NCBI GenBank assembly: GCA_001687465.1
Contig: LVLI01000482.1
Span: 1-41,370 of the forward strand
Direction of reading: 5' to 3'
DNA: 41,370 nt
Origin: Halocafeteria seosinensis
Lineage: Eukaryota
The position numbers were made by a program, and so were the translations under genes. Below, in pieces: positions 20,901 through 30,280 of this stretch (positions are counted from its first letter, which is position 1; every line of letters begins with the position of its first letter). Below the pieces are notes generated by a model. That model made no database searches. It worked only from the letters and a program-made list of their open reading frames with translations, and had not been told where the DNA came from.

Positions 20901-23579
20901 TCACAAAGTATATGGCCCGTAAATGAAATTGTAAGGTCCGAAGGTATAAAGTGATTCATCAGGACTACGCTCAGGCCACCATGTTCTGTCCCAACTATGG
21001 TCGGCCATCGGGCGGTTTCCATGCCTAACCGAACCGTACACCATCGTTATAGGAGCAGAGCTATGTGCTCGTCCATTCTGGGAAACCATACCGTCCAAGC
21101 TATCGCCCGAATCGGTAATACTCGCCCCCATCCCTTCATGTGGCTTATCGCGCTCTCCGTATCCTACACTGTGCGTAGTCGATACCTTCCGCTTGTATAC
21201 GTTTTGGGGCTGCATCAAGTTAACAAGGAATTTAATTCCCAGAGACGTCACAATGTTTTTATCAGTAGATATCAAGACGTTGTCTTTCCCATAAAAGAGT
21301 GCAGGGGGGACCAAATAAAGCAATGTACGAAGTTGGTTTGACGTTTGCCAACCAACCCACTGGGTGGGCGCAAACTCGGGAGTGCCCATAAAACCGAGGC
21401 CAGCCTGTAACAGTAACCTGTCGCACCGCAACTGATGTAAGCTGTGCTGCCTCACATCTTGTAGTTTTTTCCAGGCGCCACATATATCTCCTGAATTATT
21501 GCCAAAACTCAGTTGAAGCACTGGGTCTGCCGCAGCATCTAACTTCATCGAGATATTGGCCATGCGGGACAGTTGCAACGGGCCTGTACTGTCCAGTGTA
21601 TCTGCAATACTCTCTTCGTCAGCTAGGTTTGATGATTCCGTGACCAGCGTCATGCTCTGTGCGTACAAGAACAGTAACATTAGCGCGATAGGATGCAACG
21701 GCCGACAACAGACAAAATGATTTTGAACCATGCCCGTGTAATCTATAGGGGCCAAGAAGAATGGTGTTAAAGCTTTCCCTTGCTTTGTATCACTTTGGTC
21801 ACTGGAGGAAAACAGTACCTCTTTGTAAAACGAGGCCGGTAACCGAGGTTGTAGATCCGTGTCCACATACAATCCTCCACGTAGGCATAGAATTGCGACA
21901 CGACCAACGTCAACACACCGTACCCATGTATTCCGCGTTGCCGTGTCTCCCGCAAGCTGCAGATATTTTTTCAACAAATGAGGAAGGTACACTCTTACAG
22001 ATAATTCCCGTACAGCGCTGAGACAATCGTCACCCGAGTACAATGGAACGACACTGGTAGCGTCGGAGAAGACTTGAGCCCATAAATGCACATTCCGAGC
22101 ATAATGCTTGGGGAGCGGATTGGCCGCATACTGATACCAGCAGAAGCTACTATCCATTGCTATTTCATCAAAGTCTGCTAAGGGGGCGTTGGGGTCAATC
22201 CAGATAGAGAACGGTAATGATAGAGGCGCCGTTATTTGAGCACATTGCACAGCTTGGCTAAGGGCTTCTTCAAAAGTGTCTAGGAGGTTGAAGCTCTCTA
22301 TCCCACTTGTGGCACATAGGTACTCTAGACGCTTTGCCAGTACATGTCGCTTAACTGTTGTGCTGATCGTAAAAGAATACGAATCTCTCCCTAGTGCATG
22401 TCGACGCATTTCCTCAGATACTGGCATATCTCCCGAAACCTTCAACCACTCCTGCTGGATATACTGGAACAGCTTCTGTCTATGCGTATTTTCGATCGAG
22501 AGTGCAGCCGAATTTTGACTCGAGCTGCAGTCCGTTCGCAGCAAATGGCTCACACACTGTTGAACCCAACCCCAATGCACCTTGCTCCAAAGATGATTGA
22601 TATCTTGGCCGGATAGTCCAAGCTGTTTCTTACCCTGGTGTATGTAGCTTCCCACGAAGAGCGCCACGGCGTCTTCATGTGGAGTATTGAGGAAAGGATG
22701 CCGCAGCAATTCGACCACCGTTGTCACAGGCACTCGCGGTATCTCCGAGGAGGAGCCCTCCAACAATCCGCACAATCCCTGAAATGTCTGATGTGGCTTC
22801 GAAGACATCGATGAAGCAACAAAATAAAAGGACCTGAACTGAAACAAAGCTTGCTTCGTCAATTGAAATACTGCTTTAGAGCCATCGTCGGAAAGCAATC
22901 CTTCGGGACACTGGCCATCCGCATCTACAAGTCGCAGTGCTCGATTTCCTTCAAGCACGCAATCATTAAATTTCGAGGTATCGCTCACCATGAAAAGAGT
23001 GAATCGAAGTAAAACCCATAATGCTTTTGGTTGTACATACGGCAATTGTCCGATGGCGCGAAGAAGTTTTCTGGAGCAGTCTCTCCGGCATTCAATATCT
23101 GTCTTCCAGTATCGAGATATTAGGTACGAAGAAGTAACAAGCGATGCAAATTTGCCAAGGGTATATCGTAGAATATGTATACCTCTAGAAATCCCCGCGT
23201 ACTGTCTCGAGGACATTTCGAATCTCTTATCCAAATCAGCAAAACTCTTCACACCACCTTGGAATTCAGCCCACTCCCCAACATGACTCGTAAGGGAGCA
23301 CAGCTCATGTACCAATTCCGCCGAGACAGTTAGATGACCCAATTCACGAGTGGTACAGACTTGTTTCTTCCTCTCCTGTTGAATCGACTCCTCCAAACTG
23401 TTAAGGTATTCGTGTAGCAAGCTAGCCTTCCGGATGAGCTCGTACGAGCGAATGCCGTTCTTGCTATCATCGCTAGCCGCTTTAAGCTTTCTACTGGACA
23501 ACGTGTCAATGGAATGAGTTCGGCTGCTTTCCCCACTGAGTGATGATCCAGATGCAGAAACTGCATTTTTGGTATTCAT
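20901..23579 (-). CDS. DXD-motif glycosyltransferase (GT32/Gly_transf_sug-like) with N-terminal coiled-coil and BACK-like region
   Basis: The C-terminal half has DVGRVAILCLRGGLYVDTD, NHFVCCRPLHPI, STGPLQLS and HSWDRTWW. The middle segment VVELLRHPFLNTPHEDAVALFV...LWSKVHW resembles BACK. The first ATG is at 23579. Confidence 0.75.
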   Translation of the reverse strand: MNTKNAVSASGSSLSGESSRTHSIDTLSSRKLKAASDDSKNGIRSYELIRKASLLHEYLNSLEESIQQERKKQVCTTRELGHLTVSAELVHELCSLTSHVGEWAEFQGGVKSFADLDKRFEMSSRQYAGISRGIHILRYTLGKFASLVTSSYLISRYWKTDIECRRDCSRKLLRAIGQLPYVQPKALWVLLRFTLFMVSDTSKFNDCVLEGNRALRLVDADGQCPEGLLSDDGSKAVFQLTKQALFQFRSFYFVASSMSSKPHQTFQGLCGLLEGSSSEIPRVPVTTVVELLRHPFLNTPHEDAVALFVGSYIHQGKKQLGLSGQDINHLWSKVHWGWVQQCVSHLLRTDCSSSQNSAALSIENTHRQKLFQYIQQEWLKVSGDMPVSEEMRRHALGRDSYSFTISTTVKRHVLAKRLEYLCATSGIESFNLLDTFEEALSQAVQCAQITAPLSLPFSIWIDPNAPLADFDEIAMDSSFCWYQYAANPLPKHYARNVHLWAQVFSDATSVVPLYSGDDCLSAVRELSVRVYLPHLLKKYLQLAGDTATRNTWVRCVDVGRVAILCLRGGLYVDTDLQPRLPASFYKEVLFSSSDQSDTKQGKALTPFFLAPIDYTGMVQNHFVCCRPLHPIALMLLFLYAQSMTLVTESSNLADEESIADTLDSTGPLQLSRMANISMKLDAAADPVLQLSFGNNSGDICGAWKKLQDVRQHSLHQLRCDRLLLQAGLGFMGTPEFAPTQWVGWQTSNQLRTLLYLVPPALFYGKDNVLISTDKNIVTSLGIKFLVNLMQPQNVYKRKVSTTHSVGYGERDKPHEGMGASITDSGDSLDGMVSQNGRAHSSAPITMVYGSVRHGNRPMADHSWDRTWWPERSPDESLYTFGPYNFIYGPYTL

Positions 23580-23671
23580 TATCTTCCACTCTAACAGTAG
23601 CGCAATGCGTCCGTCTAAATTCCCGATACACTGGGAACACACGAACAGCAGACAAAGGCGATATGGTCCAA

Positions 23672-24140
23672 CTAATGAATGCCCCTCCTCAGACGGACCA
23701 CTTGTCCGGTAGCATCCACGTAATGCGTAGGTTGTTTCGCGTTCTCAGCAGCGTCTCGTTCGGCTTCGCGTTGTTGCTCTTGTCGACGGAGTTCCCGCTC
23801 GTTTCTTTCTTGTTGCAGTTCCTCGTCGAATTGCGCGTTACTAATATCGTCCAAACCGTACAATTTATACGTCGCTCGCTTCATATGTTCATCATCCACT
23901 TCCTGAGCTTCCAAGTCCCGATGGTCAGAGCGTTTATGTCCACAAGTGCACACTTCTTCCTGGCCTACGTCCGCCACGTTGGTTGCATAAAAGTCCACGC
24001 ACCCGCAATCGTCTATCTGTGTCCCGAAATGACGTGAAATGAGACAAATAGAGCTGTAAATAGACCCCACAGGCCTGGAAGTGTGTCTGACGCACCTCAC
24101 AAGGATTCGAATGGCATGGTCCACAGCACGAATTACCCAT
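23672..24140 (-). CDS. Small putatively acylated protein with Cys/His metal-binding motif and coiled coil; 2 exons
   Basis: Exon 24140-24096 (MGNSCCGPCHSNPCE), a GT-AG intron at 24095-24017, and exon 24016-23672 in phase give CxxxxCxCxxF...CTCGHKRSDH followed by an E/R/Q-rich helix. Confidence 0.75.
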
Positions 24141-24373
24141 GCTTGGCAGGATACCGACCACACAGTTGAAACATATACGTACTATCAAGCCGTACATCGT
24201 ATATCATACGCCATGGGCCATGATCTGCGCTGCAGAGTTGTATGTAATAAAGTGTGCGAAAAGATTGTCGTGTTCGGCAGGCTTGTCCCCCAGGGGCAAA
24301 TCTGCATGGATGTGGCTGTATTGATGGTGGTATACATGTATCGTAGTGGTAGATAGATAGAGAGACACGTACA

Positions 24374-27306
24374 ATGTCGCTATCGGCAGAGGAACAGCAG
24401 GCAGATACCCTGTTGTGCCTTACAGACGCTGGGAAGGGTGGAGGAGGGGGTCTTCGATCCACCTCAGCCTCGGTATTGTCCAAGTTTATGACTCTGATGA
24501 AGGGGAATAACACGCCCATGGAGTACCGCCAGCGCATTGTCGATGTCCTACACGCTTCTTCGTACATGACTCTCAAAGCTCTGACGGAAAAGTATCCCAT
24601 GGACATCTCTACAGTGTTGAAAAAATGGCTCAAAGAGGCGCATGCCCAGGCTGTACAGACCCAAACACAGGACAAAACTGCCTTTGATGAAGGTTATCAA
24701 CTCACATTGTCGTTATTAAAGTTGCTACGCAAGTTCCCCTTTTCGTTCGACATCCTGAGAACGTCGCGCATCGGGTCTGTCGTGGGCAAAATGTCGAGCC
24801 AAGTCGGAACGGGGAAAGCCAACCAGTTGAACAGTAAAGAGATAGTATCATTGGCGGATGCGTTGGTGGAAAAATGGAAGCGTGTTGGACGAGAGGCGCA
24901 ACAAAAGTCAGCGTCATTTGGGAGCAGTGGTACTACCTCAGCTCCGTCCTCGGCGAGTCCCACTCCACAAGGCAAATCCCAACCACCCAGCGCAACATCT
25001 TCTCCGTCAGCGACTGCGCATGGAAATAGGGAGAGCGGAGGGGCTCAACAGAAGAACCAGCGTACTGGTAAGCGTTCTGCACAAGAGCGGACGAAGAATA
25101 CTGCAAGCTCCCCTCCAGCAGTTACCACGGAGACAAAACGGAGGCGAACTTCCGGAGATACTTCAGAAGAAGAGCAACGTGTGAAGAAAAATAAGAGACA
25201 GCTATTTTCACTTGACAGCAGTGATTCATCGATCAATCAGCAGAGGTCAAGTAAGTTTCAACTTCTGATACCGGATTTCCGAGCATACTGTGAGGGAGGG
25301 GCAAGAGAATTAAGGGCGGAGGCAGAAATAGCAATGCGCCTCGATGTATCGGGTATGCATTTTCTGGAAATATACATTTTGTGTTTTTCAATTTTGCTCT
25401 CTTCAAAAAGGCGGAAGATAGTGTAGCAATGTTTTCAGTGTAATGTCTTGAGGCAGTATCGTTGTCAATAGCAATTGTATATGGCTATAATTCCCCTTAT
25501 CGTCATGTGTATACAGGTTCAAAACCCGCGAGGACACTTTATAATACAACATCTACTACAGGCGTCTCTCAATCGAAGACAAGTGAGTCAAAAAGCACTG
25601 GGAAAACGAAAGAAGTACTCAGTAATGCAGTCACTGAGAGCAAGAAAGACCAGGTAGAAGTATTTGGAGAAGTTTTCGACGATCAAGAGTTAGAGGAACC
25701 TCTAGCTCCTTTACCAGTAATGAGTTTCAGTGAACTCGGTGATTGGGGGGAATATACTCAAGAGGAAGACATTAGTGATGGTAGTGAATTGCCACTAGAG
25801 GACCTAAAGAAGGATGCTGTTAACAGAGGATTCCTCGGGCCATCGGACGACGGTCTCGTCGTTAAGGGAATAGGTGACCCGGAAAAGTATGGCACGGTGA
25901 CTGGCGGTATACTAAGGAGGAAAAAAGAAAACGAAAACGATAAACCGAAACAGGCCACGCAGAAGACTCCGAAGAAAAAAGGTGTGCAATGGCTATCTGC
26001 GAAGGGAGGTGAGGACTGTGCGCAAAATAAGGAAAACTCTGATGAGATGCACAAATACCGGGCTAGCAAATTTGTGACGATTAAATACTTTGATCGAGAC
26101 CAGCCAGCAACAGCGGTGAGTGGCAAGGAAGAAGAAGCCAAAACATCGGAGGAGCCGGATAAGCATCCTACGGAAATGTCCAAAGCTAGACTGTCGGAGG
26201 CTAAATTGGAAAAAGACAAAAATATAAAGGAGCTACTAAAGACTGGAGTACAATCGAATGCAGGAAGTCAAAACGAAGAAGCCAATGTATCAGTGAAACC
26301 AGCCGTTGAACAGAGGTTCTATAAACCTCCCGTGGTTCATACTATCAAAGAATTATCTACTGAGGAGTCCAAGAGACAAAGCAAAAGACATGAAATAGAA
26401 TTTAGAGTTAAATACAAGTCTGAGATAGAGGCTCCTCGTATTCCTTCAGTCTCAAAGCATGCTTGGGCTGGGTACGATCCGGACGGTGTTGCTGAGAAGA
26501 CGATTTTGCTACCGGAGGAGGACGGAGAGGGAGAAGTGGAATCGATTCCCTCTTCGCAAAGCAAACTAAGCAGTTCTGCCGGGACTGAGCGTCCTCCGAA
26601 TCCTGGGAACAAGGAAGATGGGGACACAGGTGGTACTTCTAAGTCCATTGACGATTTCTTGAGTAGCCTGTCGGGGGTCGTACGCCAGTACAGATCGGCC
26701 GAATCTGCAAACAATGTGGGAGGGCCAGTAGCATATGGTGGACAGAATCCGTACCCAAACGCATTACAGGATCCCAGCAATGGATTCAAATTCCATACCC
26801 AACCTGGGAGTGGTTCCTATCCACATCCAGGGGCGGCAGTGCCGGGGACTCAATATGCACCTCAACAGCCGCGGTTTGCGTACCCTCCTGGCTCCATGGC
26901 CATGAGCTACCCTCAAGGATCCGCCCCTATGAACCCGTCTGCTCAGACTCCCGGGTTTTATGGCGCTCCGGTATATCAGACACCGCAATCATACGGGATG
27001 CCCCAAACTAGCGCAGGTATGGCTCCGGCTGCCCAATATCGGTCACGTTGGGCGTCAACAGCTGCTCCGCAAATGGGTTCGGCAGTGCCTTATCAGGTGC
27101 CGCAAGTAATGTATCAATCCGGCGGTTATTCTCAACCAACCCAACCGATGCAGAACTTTGCTGTGCCTCACAACTATCCTGCAAATGTTCACGGGTACGC
27201 CCAACAGCAATTTGTATCTCAGCCTATGTATCAGCCCCACAGTCGTGGTGGCTCAGCTCCTCGTGCTGGTCCGGCCAACCGCGGGATCCTACCACGAAGC
27301 CGTTAA
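24374..27306 (+). CDS. TFIIS-N (TND) domain protein with PP1-docking motif and Pro/Gln/Tyr-rich tail (PNUTS/PPP1R10-like)
   Basis: The TND pattern is LLKLLRKFPFSFDILRTSRIGSVVGKM...LADALVEKWK. Intron 25251-25516 joins ORFs 24374 and 25462 in phase. GILRR, KKKGVQW and VTIKYF follow, then a low-complexity C-terminus. Confidence 0.75.
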
Positions 27307-27999
27307 CGACACGTCAAGAGACTCTGCAAGTTGATGACGTCATGAATCATGATAGAGAGTAGTTGTTTTATTGATCTTTTCAGAGCCTTCGTTAGTGATG
27401 CTCTAAACAAAAAATAATGTCGCACCGCTATGGTTTTCGCTGTGGATTTATATGCTAACCGTTGCCACTTCTGGTGTACGTGAAATTACGGGAAGGGAAA
27501 CGCTCTGCGAATCACAAGTGACCGAAGAATATCTCAGTCCAATTTGAGATAAGAGTACTTAAAACCCTATACGCGAGGTTCCTATATAGCATATCCCTAA
27601 TGACATCCGACATTTGGTGTTTAAGTGAGTGCAGTGGAGCCGAGAAATTGCCAGGAAAGCACCAGGCTCCCTCTGGTAGGAGTAATTCTAATACACACAG
27701 GGAGGGATGCAGAAGTTTCGAAAGCTGATGACGACCGAACTGTCTGTTACGTTAATGCACCACAATGTGAAGATGTTGGAGCGGTTTCGGGTAGTTTTCA
27801 CCACGTAAAACGTTTTCTAAAGGCCGAAAGCGCGGTCGCCTTGGTTTCTATGCCCACGGAGCTACAGTGAAAGATGGTGACGTGGATAGCTGGATCTACT
27901 CATTATCATGGCCAACTTGTTTTGGTAATCGTGTTGACGCCGATCTCCGTATTTTACAAACTTTGCCGGGCAGGTAGCGCTGTTTGACCAGTCCTAGAG

Positions 28000-28700
28000 T
28001 GTGGATACCGTGCTGGCGGGTCTGCCCCCATCGGTTGAGTCACTTAATATTGCAGCTACTGATACTAATACAGAACTTCCAGATTCTGTCTTTCAAAACT
28101 TGCCAAATTTGACGTCGTTGGATATGAGTGGATGCAGAGTTATAGATTCTGCTTTTTAAGCATCTGCCCAGGTTGAAACTCCTACATATGAGGTATACGG
28201 ATTCTGCCTTTCAGAACTGGTCGCTGTTGACGTCACTCGACATGATGCAATGCAATCAGCCAACAATTACGGATTCTGCCTTTCAGCATATGACCAATTT
28301 AAAAGCTCTAATCATGCGTTATTGCAATCAACTAACGATTACCGACGCTGCCTTTCGGTATTGACGAATTTGACTCTACTGGGGATAATCAGCCAACAAT
28401 TACGGGTTCTGTCTTTCAGCATATGACCAATTTAAAAGCTCTAATCATGCGTTATTGCAATCAACTAACGATTACCGACGCTGCCTTTCGGTATTGACGA
28501 ATTTGACTCTACTGGGGATAATCAGCCAACAATTACGGGTTCTGTCTTTCAGCAGATGACCAATTTAAAAGCTCTAAAAATTATGCGTTGTTGCAATCAA
28601 CTAACGATTACCGACGCTTCCTTTCAGTATTTGAACAATTTGACTTTACTTGAGATAGCTGGATGCGATCAACCCTTGACAACCAACAATTACGGGTACT
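28000..28700 (+). pseudogene. Degraded leucine-rich-repeat gene (LxxLxMxxCNQxTITDxAF type repeats)
   Basis: LPDSVFQNLPNLTSLDMSGC, LTSLDMMQCNQPTITDSAFQHMTNLKALIMRYCNQLTITDAAF and QYLNNLTLLEIAGCDQ lie in different frames, with stops and frameshifts. Confidence 0.8.
28254..28650. repeat. Tandem 133-bp repeat, three copies, within the LRR pseudogene
   Basis: AATCAGCCAACAATTACGG starts at 28254, 28387 and 28520. Copies 1 and 2 are nearly identical. Confidence 0.92.
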
Positions 28701-29357
28701 TCTTTCCAATTGTAGTCGTTGGAGGTAAATGACTGCAGTCAGTCAACGATTGGCGGTGCCTCAAACATCTGTCAAAGCACCCTATACAGCGCTCTTGTAC
28801 TTGTATGTAGTGCTTCTTACGTTCGTTCAAGAGAGCGGGGAACATAACAGCAAAGCAAACAACTCAGGAATCGTGCGCAAGTCTTGCTTTGCAATTGGTC
28901 CCCGACGTATTACAGTGCGAGTTGTAAAACGTTGCATCACTACTCGCGCTGACGTTATAGCATATCAACGTGTAGTAGTAAGGGTGGTTTCCTGTGTCTT
29001 GGAATTTTGGAAACTTCGCGAGTACAATTACAGAGGAAGCTTATGTCTTGTATTGCAACTGGTCCTCGACGTACTACGGCAGTACAGAGTTGCATCACTA
29101 CTCGCGCTAGCACTGTAGTCACACGATTTGCAGTGATAAGTATGGTTTGGAATTTTGTCAACTTTGGGCGCTGATACACATATATAATGTACGATGTAAA
29201 AGTTGAAGAACCTCAATTTAAGAACTTCTCAGTGGAGCAAATCGTTTGCTTTGCTTTGCTTTGTAGTGACCTACAGACTACAGTATCATAAAAGCAAACA
29301 AAAGAGTGAATATATTCATTGTATTGTAAACTGGGTAGCATCTCGGAAATTTACAGT

Positions 29358-30246
29358 ATGTCTTCCACGTGGAATCAAACAACCCTGACAGCAGGTACTT
29401 AAGCTCTTGATATCCGTACCATAACTTCCTGTTTCGAACCTCTATAATTGTCTACAGGGTCTACCGTCGCTGCCGTGGCAGCGGCCGCTGGAGGACTGTA
29501 TTACTGGTACACTCGGTGTAGAGGAGGAGCTGGACGTCGAAGCGCGGTGGACTCAGCATTCAAACAGCCTACACGAAGCTGTTTTGCAGTGTATTGTGGC
29601 TCTTCCAAGGTCCAGGGCAAGAACGCCGATGCCATCAATGAAGCTACAAGGAGACTTGGGAAGGCCCTGGTCGGACATGGTCTGGGACTGGTGTACGGTG
29701 GAGGCAATGCTGGGCTCATGGGAACCATCTCACGGAGCGTGGATGCTGCCGGCGGAGACGTATACGGAGTGATTCCGGGTGCTTTACACGGGCATGAACT
29801 GACAGGAACAGGCGTACAGCCGGATAAACTGCAGATCGTGTCAACTATGCATCAGCGTAAAGAGAGAATGGCAAGAATGTCGTCAGCATTCATTGCACTT
29901 CCTGGGGGGTACGTCGCTGTGTATTCAATTAGAACTGTTGTGTGTCGTTTCAAGGTTTATAGTTATTACACACAGATTTGGTACGCTAGAGGAGCTTTTG
30001 GAAGCCATTTCATGGTGCCAACTTTCTGTGCACGATAAACCCGTCGGCGTACTCAATGTGAATGGCTACTATGATCCTCTCCAGCAACAGATTGAGAACG
30101 GTATCGACAACGGTTTGATCAAACCATCGTTTAGAGACTTTGTGCTGTTCGATAGTGACCCAGATAGACTAGTGGAACGTCTTCAAAAGCACAAAGTTCC
30201 TCAGGGTCTAGCACTCCATTGGGAGCATCCCGAAGATGTTATCTAA
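29358..30246 (+). CDS. LOG: LOG-family nucleotide phosphoribohydrolase with N-terminal hydrophobic anchor; 3 exons
   Basis: Motifs are AVYCGSS, LVYGGGNAGLMG, MHQRKERM and the spliced PGGFGTLEE (intron 29909-29975), then HDKPVGVLNVNGYYDPL. ATG 29358 is joined by intron 29395-29457. Confidence 0.93.
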
Positions 30247-30280
30247 GTTCCCGCCACATCAGCGTTAGCCGCAGTGGCTA

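Noticed and set aside
28254..28650. CRISPR-like array
   Set aside because: The units are contiguous LRR-coding duplications without unique spacers, in a eukaryotic context with no cas genes.
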